DNA of 42,138 bases, taken from the NCBI GenBank assembly GCA_002269645.1, contig NIVC01003870.1:1-42138 (forward strand), written 5' to 3'. The DNA is from Macrostomum lignano (lineage: Eukaryota). Positions within the stretch are counted from its first letter, which is position 1. Each line of letters begins with the position of its first letter. Below, piece after piece: positions 1 to 42,138 of the stretch. The translations under genes and the position numbers were made by a program. Under the pieces are notes generated by a model, which worked only from the letters and a program-made list of their open reading frames with translations, did not search any database and had not been told where the DNA came from.

Positions 1-1195
1 TTTAACCATGCGAATAATACCTGTTAATGTGTAAATCGATAGTATCTAATTGACTTTAGGGGCCTACTGTAATACAGTATATCTATGCTACTTACTCTCA
101 GTAAGCTTGTTACCGAATTGTCCACAACTTGTTACCGAACTGTTCTTGGTGTTACCGAACTGTCTGTTACCGAATTGTCGTAGGGCTCTTAATTATTCCT
201 TTTGCTAGCCTTACTAGCTGCACCAAAGTTGTTACAGGCCTTTTGGCTCTCTATAAGAATTCCACCGTTATGCCACCAAGTTGTGCTAGGGGTTTCCCGT
301 ACGATACAAAATCCTACCGCTGTAACCAAGTTGTGCTCGGGGTTAACTTCTGTCCCTATAAATGATTTCACCGCTGTTACTAAGTTGTTGTAGGGGTTTT
401 TCTTCCTTCTCAATAATATCCCACTGCTGTTATCAAGTTGTCACAGTGCTCTTCCCTGTACACTGAGAATCCTAAATGCCACCCAAAGTTGTAATAAAGC
501 TATTTCTCCTTAATAATTCTACTGGTTATTAATTGTCTTTCTACTGGTAGTGCATGTACTTCTATTGGTAGCGTATGTACTTCTATTGGTAGCGTATTAT
601 GTACTTCTATTGTACTTTCTAGCTTGAGCGGTCTAATAGCACTGTCTATTCTATTCCTATGCTTTCACTAATATTATTCTCTCAGTCCTGGGCGTTCCCT
701 GGATCAGAGGGTCACAGCTTATGCTCTTTCTCTGCCCTGAGGCGATCTTCTCTCGTTATGAGGCAGTTCTCCTGCCCTGAGGCGAATTTACAATTTACTG
801 CCCTGAGGCGGTTTCTCGCTTGTAGCGGTTTCTGATACTACTCCTGATTTGGGGTTTTTACTATAGAAATGAATAAGACACTGAACAATTTTCTAATCAA
901 GTTTTTAGCTACTGTTAGAACACACGAAAAGCATAAGTTGATTTCTTGGCCCACTCGGGGCTTCTATTTATACTAGAGTCTCTCATCAAGTCAAACAAAT
1001 AATTGTAAAAAATATTTTTGTAAATCACAACATTTAAACAAAAATACTAGTAATTTCTTTTTAGCGCGGATTTGAACTAAAGTTTCTAAGAAAACAAGTT
1101 ACTATTAGCACTATTGTACACTATCATACTATTATTAATGCACTGTCTCAGAATTGTCCTGTCCCCGATATGACATACATCTATTTTTTATCTCC

Positions 1196-1736
1196 CCCCC
1201 TCACTTTTGGTATATGATCCCCAAAAGCATGAAACAATGCTCTCCATACTATAAGGGGATCATAAAACGAAAGTGAGGGGGATGTCAGGCGGGCATTGAA
1301 CAAGCCGTATGAACTATCTTTACTTCATATACAATTAGTAGCCTACGATACATAAATTTCACTTTTGATATACAATCCCCTTCCCCTGCAAACAAATTTT
1401 CGACTTGTAGTTGAGGGATCATATTATGAAATTGATGAAAAGCCTAAGTTTCATTATCCGATCCCTTTCCATACACTTCCTCCATTTAAGTGATCATATA
1501 ACAAAAGTGATTATAGGGGAGCTCTTATACTACTCTTGCGAAGACTCTTGTCTAGGCTTTGTTTGATTGCCTTCAAAGTAGACAGCTTTTGAAACTGCCT
1601 TGTAGTTAGTGCAGTGACTTTGACTCTTTGATGGATACATTTCCAGTCTTTTGGTGTCTATATTCTTTCACCAAAAATATAAAATGTGGATTGTATAACG
1701 AAAGTGCCTAGGAATGGGGATTGTAAAATGAAAGAA
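1196..1736. repeat. Dispersed ~22-bp motif (TCACTTTYGTTWTATGATCCCC) in alternating orientation
   Basis: Copies at 1201+, 1255-, 1359+, 1414-, 1445+, 1490-, 1686-, 1716-. Confidence 0.75.
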
Positions 1737-2684
1737 TGCCCTATCTGCTAGGGGGCCAAGTTCTAGGCTACTAGGTCTAGGCCTACTACTAGGCCTAGGC
1801 CTAGTGCTACTGAAACTTTTCTATTTGCATTTTATTAGTAGTATTAGCTAATTAGCTTTAAGTTTCAAATAAATAAGTTAGGTCCCTACTTCTTTTACTT
1901 TTACATAACAATGGGCCAATGGCATCTGCCAGACTGCCATCTTAATCTATTTTCCTTTTTGTCTACTTAATAAAATAGACTTAGACAAAGACAGACTAAT
2001 AGGCCTAGCAGATCAATTGGGACTAGAAGACTAGGCCCTAGGTTATTAGATGATTCTGGCTTGCTTTGCCATCAAAGAAATATCGAAAAAATTAGACATG
2101 GAAGTTGGTTAAGAATATAAAATATAAAAGTAGGCCTAAAGTGACAGTAAACTGCATTAGCTACTAAATTTAATTTTACCTCAAAACTTATTACATAGGC
2201 CTAAACTAGGTCCCTATATAGTACAGTATGCATATTTACAGTATATAGCCTACGGGGGGTACAGCAGCAGCTGCTAGTCTAGTCTGCGTTGTCGTCAAAA
2301 AATTTTACAAGTTCACAGGTTTCTTGTAAAAAACATCAACACAAATTCACGACAAAGTTATAACAAGTCCTTTGACAAATTTTCTCGTACAACGTCAAAA
2401 CTGCATAATTTTTATTTTTTTCTACACTTGAGTTACATAAACACAAATTGAAATGTCTACGCTATCAGTAAAATATCTTAAACAGTTACAGTAGTAGTAG
2501 CTAGTGTAAATTTTTTTTCGATACGCACATGTTTGCTCAATTTTCCAGCTGATTTTTACCAGACTTCTTCCCAATTATTTTACTCATTTGAATGCTATGT
2601 GGAGTTCCGAAAACACCAGTAATGCTGATAAGGCATAGAGAAAATAATACCTATTTGCTTTCATCAGTAACTAGATACGAACTG

Positions 2685-5012
2685 ATGCAAGTACTGTTTT
2701 TGGCCCTTATATTAACGCAAACTTTATCAAATGCTGAGCCTGCAACTTATTCAGTTGAGTTTTCTGACACTTCGCTAGAGTTTGAGTACCCCAAAAAGCA
2801 GTGCCATGAAACAAACATTCACAATTTAACATATCCAAGGGTTTATTTTCCTAATGAATTCCGAAAGGTTAAAATTATGCTGATTGGAAAAGTAAGTAGT
2901 TGATTCGTTGTTTCTGTTAATTTTAGAATGTAATTCCAAATGGCTAACACATCAGACTCAGATTTATAAGGCGAAATTTCAAATTTCACTCAGTGTAGCA
3001 GTTCTAGAACTTCTTAATCATCTGATCTTTGCTTTCTGGTACATCTTTGAAACATTATATAGTTTTATTGTCTTTATTAAAATTTCATGAAAAATAAAAC
3101 TTTCCTCCATTCCATTATGCAATTTAGTGAAAACATTCTGAAAATAAACTAAAATAAAACAAACCAAGCTATGCTTTCCTATTTTACAGCAACATCTCAG
3201 CATTGTGAGGTCCAGAAACATCTCCCAAGGATTTGCTGAGCTTCTTACATCGCCCACTGGCCAAAGAACTCAGCAGGCAATAGATGATACTGTTCAGTAC
3301 AGAGAATCTGCTGGAATCTTGAATATATTTGTTGTAAGTCGCAAAAATTGTGTTAATTTTATAAAACCATATTTATAGTAACTAAAACAAATATGTAAAT
3401 ATTTCCAATCTAAAAGCAGCTCATATTATATCGTTTCTAATATATTAAACTTTGAGTTAACTATTATCATTAATCATTAACTGTGACTGTCAGTTAATCA
3501 CAGTGGCAATGGACAAAAAAACGACAAATGAAAGTAAACTCGCATGGAATCAAACCCGGGACTTTGGCGAGAGGGTCGCATAAGTTTCTAACTTTTCAAC
3601 CATTCAAAGCTGATCCTATCAAAACATTACTTGTTGCAGAGAGGCTGGCAGGAGAAGTCGGTGACTCACGCCGCCGTTTTCCCATTGGTCGCCGTCCTGA
3701 TTGCGGCGGCCGTGGCTGCCGCCATCCTCATCGTGATCTTCGTGGCCAGCTGCTATCACAGTGCGTATTGAGATCATTTAATACTGTCAAGCATTTCGAA
3801 TTTCAACTGTACAGATTTTGAAAATACGATTTTTAGCACAGTCACAATGTGGCCATTACATTCTGCCTCCGGTGGAATTGCCTGTGAGTCTGTCCATAAT
3901 TCTGTTTTTTATTCACTCTTTGACAACCCCGCCCTATCCGCTTCAATGCTTTCCCCAGACACCATGCTGTCCCTTTTAAAGAGATCTAAAGTCCCTTAAG
4001 GGCCCGCAGTCCCCCACAGACACCTAGAGCCTCTCATAGACACCCACAGTCCCCGACAGACACCTCATAGACACCTACAGTCCCCCAAACACCAACAGTT
4101 CTTACAGACACCTATATACAGTCTTCCACAGACACCTACAGTCTCTCATAGACACCCACAGCCCCCCCACAGACACCTACAGTTTCTAATAGACACCTAC
4201 AGTCTCTCATAGACACCCACAGTCCCCCCACAGACACCTACAGTCTCTCATAGACACCAGCATTCCCCCACAGACACCTACAGTCTCTCATAGACACCAG
4301 CATTCCCCCACAGACACCTACAGTCTCTCATAGACACCAGCATTCCCCCACAGACACCTACAGTCTCTCATAGACACCCACAGTCCCCCCACAGACACCT
4401 ACAGTTTCTAATAGACACCTACAGTCTATCATAGACACCAGCATTCCCCCACAGACACCTACAGTCTCTCATAGACACCCACAGTCCCCCCACAGACACC
4501 TACAGTTTCTAGTAGACACCTACAGTCTCTCATAGACACCCACAGTCCCCCCACCGACACCTACAGTTTCTAGTAGACACCTACAGTCTCTCATAGACAC
4601 CCACAGTCCCCCCACAGACACCTACAGTCTCTCATAGACACCAGCATTCCCCCACAGACACCGACAGTCTCTCATAGACACCAGCATTCCCCCACAGACA
4701 CGGTCTACAGTTTCTAGTAGACACCTACAGTCTCTCATAGACACCCACAGTCCCCCCACAGACACCTACAGTCTCTCATAGACACCCACAGTCCCACCAC
4801 AGACACCTACAGTTTCTAATAGACACCTACAGTCTCTCATAGACACCTACAGTCTCTCATAGACACCCACAGTTCCGACAGACACATACAGTCTCCCTTA
4901 GACACCCGCAGTCTCCCACACCCACAAAACATGGCACTTGTCGCAGAAGTCAATGATTACATTCAGTGAAGTCTCACAGTTACAATGTACCCACAACCTC
5001 TCAACTCGTTAA
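2685..5012 (+). CDS. Small predicted type-I single-pass membrane protein (~190 aa, 5 exons), no recognised family
   Basis: Phase-compatible GT-AG exons 2685-2891 (or 2867), 3190-3333, 3640-3760, 3837-3883, 4947-5012. Signal-peptide-like start MQVLFLALILTQTLSNA; TM segment AAVFPLVAVLIAAAVAAAILIVIFVASC in exon 3. The last exon is uncertain. Confidence 0.6.
3995..4920. repeat. Intronic minisatellite, ~41-bp unit
   Basis: (cacagacacctacagtctctcatagacacccacagtccccc)n with variants. Confidence 0.95.
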
Positions 5013-5190
5013 CAATCCAAAAAACAGCCCGAAATGACCGAGCTGAACGAACTGACTCTGTCGGCCTTCATGGCGCCTGACTCATCATTAAGCAATACAT
5101 CTTACGAAGAGACAATGGAATATCCGTCTCCTATTGAGGTCTGGAGTTCGAACACTGTTTCGCACTTAGATCTGCTTTTGTTGTGTTTGC

Positions 5191-5214
5191 GGCGCGAAAA
5201 TTGGCGCCATTTTT
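5191..5214. promoter_or_regulatory. Cluster of E2F-like (GCGCGAAA, TTGGCGC) and YY1-like (GGCGCCATTTT) motifs
   Basis: Sequence ggcgcgaaaattggcgccattttt lies between the two + strand genes. Motif match only. Confidence 0.3.
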
Positions 5215-5658
5215 AAAATATAATAACTTAGTTTAGATTCAAGTGTGATTAATATTATTCGACAACCAAGATTAACGTACAATAACAAATCCTTTCTGGT
5301 CAGTGACCATGCAGCAGATAGCCCGATTGTTTAACACCTGGTAACTCGTTTGTTGATTTATTGCAGGCCAACTCAGAGAGGATTGACAGCAAATCGAGAG
5401 AACTCAAAAGCGGAACTAAGGAAGACATCGCTTAACGCGCTGGTCGCACTAACTTGAAAGTAAATCAATCAAGCAGCCACTGTAACGGATTTCTTAACTA
5501 TGTTTTTAGGTATATCTACGAGCTTTTGTGCGTCTGGTTTTTGCCACCTTGACTTGTTTTTACCTGTTTTATTTTACACACTAAAGTTGCACTGTAACTG
5601 ATAGAAGATTACTGCACGTAAATAAGCATTTGGGCTGATACTTCCGTGTTACTTTACC

Positions 5659-6067
5659 GGCTAGTTGAGAGCGCGTGTTTATTGTCTGAGAGTGTGTACT
5701 TTCTCTCGGGCTAGTTGAGAGCGCGTGTTTATTGTCTGAGAGTGTGTACTTTCTCTCGGGCTAGTTGAGAGCGCGTATTTATTGTCTGAGAGTGTGTACT
5801 TTCTCTCGGGCTAGTTGAGAGCGCGTGTTTATTGTCTGAGAGTGTGTACTTTCTCTCGGGCTAGTTGAGAGCGCGTGTTTATTGTCTGAGAGTGTGTACT
5901 TTCTCTCGGGCTAGTTGAGAGCGCGTATTTATTGTCTGAGAGTGTGTACTTTCTCTCGGGCTAGTTGAGAGCGCGTATTTATTGTCTGAGAGTGTGTACT
6001 TTCTCTCGGGCTAGTTGAGAGCGCGTATTTATTGTCTGAGAGTGTGTACTTTCTCTCGGGCTAGTTA
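5659..6067. repeat. 50-bp tandem repeat, 8 copies
   Basis: ggctagttgagagcgcgtgtttattgtctgagagtgtgtactttctctcg. Confidence 0.95.
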
Positions 6068-6212
6068 AGAGGTACGGGGAGTCTTTTCACGTCACTAATT
6101 TTCTCTCCGATTAGTTGAAAAAGTGTTTACTGAAATAACTTCAACTGATCGTTCTGTAAATTATGGTTTTACCAATATTTAACCTTGAGAATTTAATACC
6201 CAAATATTTTAG

Positions 6213-36216
<30,004 letters not shown>

Positions 36217-36234
<18 letters not shown>

Positions 36235-36399
36235 AAAGAAGAATCTCACGTTTAAAATGAAGAATCTCATGTTTAAAATGAAGAATCTCACGTTTAAAAT
36301 GAAGAATCTCACGTTTAAAATGAAGAATCTCACGTTTAAAATGAAGAATCTCACGTTTAAAATGAAGAATCTCACGTTTAAAATGAAGAATCTCACGTT
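36217..36399 (+). repeat. 21-bp tandem repeat whose first unit is the last codons plus stop of the large gene
   Basis: gaagaatctcacgtttaaaat x9 (last copy partial). Confidence 0.97.
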
Positions 36400-36539
36400 C
36401 ACGTCTGTGTAACGACATGTGCATTTCTGCGCGTCATGCATGACTGACAGTCAAAGTGGAGAGGAACTCAATTTCTAGGAAAAATATACCCAAAGAAAAA
36501 TGTTTCACCATAATTATGTTGCTTGATTAACCGTAAACC

Positions 36540-36545
36540 AATAAA
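36540..36545 (+). terminator. Candidate polyadenylation signal of the large gene
   Basis: AATAAA about 300 nt after the stop codon. Confidence 0.4.
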
Positions 36546-36944
36546 AATGTGAAACCCGCCCAGAAAAAATTGAACTTTGCTAAATTCTTTTGGTTGCTAT
36601 TGGCAACACCAACAGTTGAGTCAATTTGAAACTGGACCTGACAACCCAGCGCCCACCAATGCGGTGTTTAAATCGTCATTTTTTGCTCCTGATGCTTAAC
36701 TATTGAAGCTTATTCGTATTTTTCTGCATTTCTGATGTTCACAAATATTGGTTATTATTATTACGAAATGTAATGAGCTAAAATGCATGTCCCTATTATC
36801 ATTGCTCTAGCGTTCGAAACATAAATACAGACCCACAGAATACAGTATTCTGTGTACTGACCTTTCCACTGCAGTTACTTATTTTCTTCAGTTTAAAAGC
36901 TGACTCCTCAAATATCTATGAAATTTGACATTACCCTGACACTG

Positions 36945-37812
36945 AAGCAGAGACACTGAGACACTACAAGAGACACTGAGACACTACAGGAGACACTGAG
37001 ACACTGAAGCAAAGACACTGAGACACTACAGGAGACACTGAGACACTACAGGAGACACTGAGACACTACAGGAGACACTGAGACACTACAGGAGACACTG
37101 AGACACTGAAGCAAAGACACTGAGACACTACAGGAGACACTGAGACACTGAAGCAAAGACACTGAGACACTACAGGAGACACTGAGACACTGAAGCAAAG
37201 ACACTGAGACACTACAGGATACACTGAGACACTGAAGCAAAGACACTGAGACACTGAAGCAAAGACACTGAGACACTACAGGAGACACTGAGACACTACA
37301 GGAGACACTGAGACACTACAGGAGACACTGAGACACTACAGGAGACACTGAGACACTACAGGAGACACTGAGACACTACAGGAGACACTGAGACACTACA
37401 GGAGACACTGAGACACTACAGGAGACACTGAGACACTACAGGAGACACTGAGACACTACAGGAGACACTGAGACACTACGGGAGACACTGAGACACTACA
37501 GGAGACACTGAGACACTACAGGAGACACTGAGACACTACAGGAGACACTGAGACACTACAGGAGACACTGAGACACTACAGGAGACACTGAGACACTACA
37601 GGAGACACTGAGACACTACAGGAGACACTGAGACACTGAAGTAAAGACACTGAGACACTACAGGAGACACTGAGACACTACAGGAGACACTGAGACACTG
37701 AAGTAAAGACACTGAGACACTACAGGAGACACTGAGACACTACAGGAGACACTGAGACACTGAAGTAAAGACACTGAGACACTACAGGAGACACTGAGAC
37801 ACTACAGGAGAC
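36945..37812. repeat. 20-bp minisatellite
   Basis: (gagacactacaggagacact)n with gaagcaaa variants. Confidence 0.96.
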
Positions 37813-38926
37813 AGGCATCAGGCATCGGTCGGGCATCAAAGCCCGCTGTCCCTCAGCTCCATATCTCCCGATTCGATGAACGATAGCGCGGCACTGCAAG
37901 TGTGCGTCACGGCATCCCTGATCCCCCGTGAAGCTTCAAACACTATAAACAATAAATCATTTCAGGAGCTCCTTCCCTTCGAGTCCTGCTCTCCCCCTAT
38001 TCGAGCTGGCTTGGGAGCAGCAGCGCTTGTTTATCCCATTTCCTGCAAATAATGTTATACGAAGTAAGTCTCATCCTGCACAGCCATGGCTGCGGGCTAA
38101 TACTCTCTACTGCTTCTGTCCTTTGAGCTCTTTGAGTTTGCCTGGAGACACTGCTGATGCAGCTTACAGCATCTTCTGACTTGAATTTTTATGTATAGCA
38201 TTTTGCAACACCAACTGATTGATGGCTGAGTGTGGTATCAAATTATTTTTGTAAGAATAACTCTCTTCAGTTCATGGTTCAAAATTATGATACATTTGCA
38301 TTTTTAATTAGCTGAATGGAAACAATGGAAGTATTAGGGTAGAATATTGAGGCGGCAAACATTCACAATTTCATTAAAGATTTAGTCCCTGTACAGACCT
38401 GGAGAATCCCGTTTCACCCTTTACATTCGAATCTCTTCATAAGAGAATCTACCAAAATATTCAATTCTTTCTTACTGCAAGCTTGTCTCTGAAGGAATTA
38501 CACAACACCTTGCAGCTGCCAGATTCTGCCGCTTAATTAATTAATCACCGTGGTGAGCAAGTACTCGAGCATGTAGATTAGCAAATTCCGTGTCTGATTT
38601 GGTGCTGTTTTTGTAACCTCATATGATAAAATGTTTCGATGTAAAAAAGTTAATTAAATTGTGATAAGGGTGTCACTGCACTGAATGCATAAACATTTTA
38701 CCTTATCAAAATGGGAAACTAAACTTATCGGAACTGCTAATTCAATTTTTTAATAAAATGTTCTATCTATATCTACACTTGTCGTGCTACTATAGCTAGT
38801 AGTGAAATAGCAAACAAAACTATAAAATATGACTATCAAGCAAAATATTTCCAAGTATTACGCCACGAGGACTTCTGAAGCTTTTATAAATAGATTGCTT
38901 TGAAATTACAAAAACTGAAAAAACTA

Positions 38927-38957
<31 letters not shown>

Positions 38958-38990
38958 GACTGACAGACAGAGACAGACAGACAGACAGAC

Positions 38991-39027
<37 letters not shown>

Positions 39028-39207
39028 TAGAAACTAAGACAGACAGAGACTGACAGACAGAGACTGACAGACAGAGACAGACAGACAGACAGAGACAGAC
39101 AGACAGAGACGGAGAGACAGACAGACAGAAAGACAGACAGACAGACAGACAGACAGAGACAGACAGACAGACAGAGACAGACAGACAGAGACTGACAGAC
39201 AGAGACT

Positions 39208-39241
<34 letters not shown>

Positions 39242-39357
39242 GACAGACAGACAGAGACTGACAGACAGAGACTGACAGACAGACAGACAGACAGACAGGC
39301 AGACAGACAGGCAGACAGACAGACAGACAGAGACTGACAGACAGATACATACAGACA
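38927..39357. repeat. (GACA)n compound microsatellite
   Basis: gaca/gaga/gact variants. Confidence 0.95.
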
Positions 39358-40132
39358 ATAAAAAACTCTTCTGGGACTAGATGGCTAGATCGCACTGACC
39401 GTGCAAGGTCGGAGAGGGCTTTTTACAGTAGTTCTCACAAGGCAAAACTACACAGGTTCGGGAAATGTATTATTCCGAGTATATTATTAAACTTCTACAC
39501 GCTGGCTTCTGCCGTGAAATGTGACTGGCCAGTGTTTATACAGAAGACGGTTGAGTGCAGCGGGACAGAAGGTGAGACCTAATTTGAGTTCCGGGCAGGA
39601 AAACTGTCTTAAATCGGAACCATTTTTCCGAGAATTGCTCTAGTGGATTCTTATGAGCAGCTGATCGAGGTTAAAGCGATTTGTTAAACCGCATATCGAA
39701 CTTTCTGATTGATCGACTGCGAGCTTCTTGTTGCTATACCCTAACTCGAAAAGCTGATCGAGAGTTCATATCAGGCGCCAGAAAACTGAAAACTATGAGA
39801 AAGAAAAGAAATTTAATACATGGGGCCGCGGAGACAGAAAATTACGAGAAAATACATGTAGGATCGAGAGCTAGGAATTAGAAAAGAATGGGGAAGATTG
39901 AGGGTGGGAACAACATATATAGGTATGAGTGTAAATGTCATTTCTACTTGCATTAGTAAGTCACTGCATACATGCACTGTACGGGATGAGGGTTCCGTGC
40001 CGTCCAATAATCAATAATCAATGCGAGTACAGCCCGCCCTCATTAAGCATATTAAATTTGATTGGTAGAAAGATGATTATGTATAGTGACAATTTATGCA
40101 AAAAATCAGCTCGTCTTATACATACTCGTATA

Positions 40133-41345
40133 CGAGGGATACTCTAAAAGTTTTGCAATTCGACTATTTAAAGTTAATTCAGCCAAACTTTTCTATTACA
40201 ATCCTTCAAAGTAGGCGGGCTCCTCGGAACTGCAAACACTTGTGCGCTCGTCCGAGCCACTTGTTCATGAGGCCCTGGATCTCTTCAATTGGGATGCCGT
40301 CAATCGCCTCCTTCGCCGCCTGCTCCAGCTCCTCGTCGGACTGAAACCTGCGCCCCCTGAGAGACTTTTGAAAGGCGGGTGTGGCAGCGTTGAAATGCTT
40401 CCGCCCTCGCATTCCCTTCCCTGGTGCCCTCTGGATCACGACTGGCAAGCACTCTTCAGTGTACCATCGAGCAGTGACTGTAGCTTGACCCTCCAGCTTC
40501 ACCATCGCCACCACGCCTTGTGAGTCAAAGAAGAACATTCGCTTGCCCTGGGACAGGGACCGCCTTGCTTTCAGGGGTTGTTGCCCACCTTCCGGCACCC
40601 ACTCTGCACTGCTGCGCTTTGTTTCGATGCCAAAATGATACAGAAACGTCTCATCACCAGTGATGACCTCAGAGCGGCGCTGATGGCTCCCGTGCTCATA
40701 TCGATCGATGAGAAACTGACAGAACTCCATGCGGGTCTGTTTCTGAGCATCTGTCAGGATGTGGGGTATCCATCGGGCACAAAGCTTCCTGACTCTCAGG
40801 TGATCGTGTAGAATCGTATCGACCGCTGCCGATCCAATGCCGACATTCATAGCTAGCATGTCCGTGGTGATTCGCGGATCCTGATGGATCAGCTCCTGTA
40901 CTGCAGCGATGTTTTCCTCCGTCACTGCTGTCGGAGGTCTCCCGGGCGGGGGTCGTCAGAAAAGCTGGTCCTGCCGGCCTGGAACTCGCGGTACCAGCGT
41001 GTAATTAACCGTAGCATATGACGGCGCTTGAGCCTCCAATGTTGCCAGCAGGACAATATAACGTAACTTCAGTTGTCCTTGGTTGCCAGTAGCTCGGCAT
41101 GAGTCTCAAGCGCCGTAAGCTTTTGCTTGTGGCAGTACCAAATTGTGGTAGCCGATTCGATTCCATGGCTGCAGCTGTACAGCAAAGGAGTCACTGACTT
41201 TGACTGGGGGCTGTGCAGGCGTATATAAATTCACTTGAAAATTGAGGTGGGAACTATGTACATGTTTATTGTACAGAGGGTTGATTTTAAAATTGTGCGA
41301 CTTGCGCAAGTGGTTGAATTGCAAAACTTTTGGAGTATCCCTTCG
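40133..41345 (-). mobile_element. Mariner (Tc1/mariner) DNA transposon, 1213 bp, defective
   Basis: About 30-bp TIRs TA|CGAGGGATACTCTAAAAGTTTTGCAATT and AATTGCAAAACTTTTGGAGTATCCCTTCG|TA, with TA on both sides. Confidence 0.93.
40206..41166 (-). pseudogene. Mariner transposase, frameshifted and internally deleted
   Basis: RWYREFQAGRTSFSDDPRPG, WIPHIL (WVPHxL motif) and ITGDET (first catalytic D) are present. HDNA and YSPDLAPxD are absent. Frameshifts occur 5' of 40925. Confidence 0.9.
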
Positions 41346-41629
41346 TACGGTATAACATATATATTTTCCCATACATATTACAAGGTTTTTGCGTGTGTGT
41401 ACAAAAATCGTAAAGGTACATGTACACATGTATAATGCATGCATCCAGGCTAACCCGCAACCCCACAAGCCAGCAAAAGGAAGGCAAAGGCGGCGGGTTG
41501 GCAGCGAGCACAAAGCAGCGACGACGAGGTGGGGAAGGCCGACCCCAACCCCGAAAAAAGAAGAAGCGGGGAAAGTTAGTGATAATAATAGAAGCAGCAA
41601 TCTGCTGGACGGCGGAGCGCCGCGGGCAA

Positions 41630-42138
41630 AAGCTGCATCGTCCAGGAAATAGCGGAAGACGGAATCGGAGCGCCAGTCACCAAGGCAGCGGATGTCGGCC
41701 ACGGAGAGGCCACCCCGGAAGGCGGCGCTGGCTCCGCCCCTGCGCAGACTGTGGCCAGAGATGTTTTCCTCAGCAGGGATGCCGCAGATCGACAGGCCCG
41801 CTTGAGCAGCCGGATGAAGTCGAGGCAGCAGCAACGGGACTCTGCGGGCGCCCAGGACAGCAAAGAGAGGCTGGTGCGACCGGGCAGATCGGTGGGCAGT
41901 CGGTGCATTGCGGAAGGAACACCAGCAGCTGACGCTCCTTGAACTGGTTTGTTGTTGGTTTGTTTGCCGAGGCAGTCGACAGCGCGCCGCGGCGCAAAGC
42001 AACGCCAGCGGTAGACGGAAGAAGCTCGCCCAGACGACGGACGCCCCACCAGGCAACCAGCAGTGCAGCCTTGAAGGCCACGAAGAGGCGCCGGGGCAGC
42101 AATTGCTGAATCAGAGGCTGTTGCAGAGCAGGCGGCGA
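41630..42138 (-). pseudogene. Tyrosine recombinase remnant of a DIRS/Ngaro-like (or Crypton-like) element, cut by the window edge
   Basis: AALLVAWWGVRRLGELL (first Arg box), ...ICPV, then in another frame SGHSLRRGGASAA (HxxR), LGDWRSD and FRY (Tyr nucleophile); frameshifted. Confidence 0.88.

Noticed and set aside
1522-1547. 11-nt match (tgcgaagactc) to my recollection of a flatworm spliced-leader sequence
   Set aside because: Short enough to occur by chance, with no terminal ATG-GT donor or Sm site following; the reference is from memory only.
5659-6067. Regular repeats resembling a CRISPR array (also 11680-12012 and 21678-22110)
   Set aside because: Units are contiguous with no unique spacers, there are no cas genes, and the context is eukaryotic.
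36594-36608. X-box-like GTTGCTATTGGCAAC in the 3' flank
   Set aside because: Non-standard spacing, no nearby gene start, and TTGGCAACAC also resembles common MITE termini.
37815-37925. Minus-strand peptide AIVHRIGRYG resembling helicase motif VI
   Set aside because: Isolated, lacks the R-x-G-R ending, and no other helicase motifs are nearby.

Overview
Animal genomic DNA with no prokaryotic features. GC-rich exons with poly-Gly/Ala/Gln runs inside minisatellite-packed introns suggest a flatworm such as Macrostomum (inference only). I assembled by hand a + strand gene of about 20 exons (6213-36234, 5403 nt, about 1800 aa) whose intron phases are all compatible. It encodes an unusual five-pass membrane protein: a large ectodomain (Cys-rich module, Ca-binding EGF, TNFR-like repeat, furin site, beta-rich region), five hydrophobic helices with large helical loops, and a tail with YxxL, PPxY and PDZ-binding motifs. 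Its first exon has no in-frame ATG but would gain one from a flatworm AUG-ended spliced leader. Also present: an upstream small single-pass membrane gene (2685-~5012), an intronless PAN + LamG/ConA-like secreted gene nested antisense in an intron (17364-18419), a candidate alternative first exon, three CORE-type tRNA SINEs, a defective mariner with both TIRs, a frameshifted tyrosine-recombinase (DIRS/Ngaro-like) remnant and about 20 tandem repeats. Most long ORFs in the supplied track are repeat artefacts.
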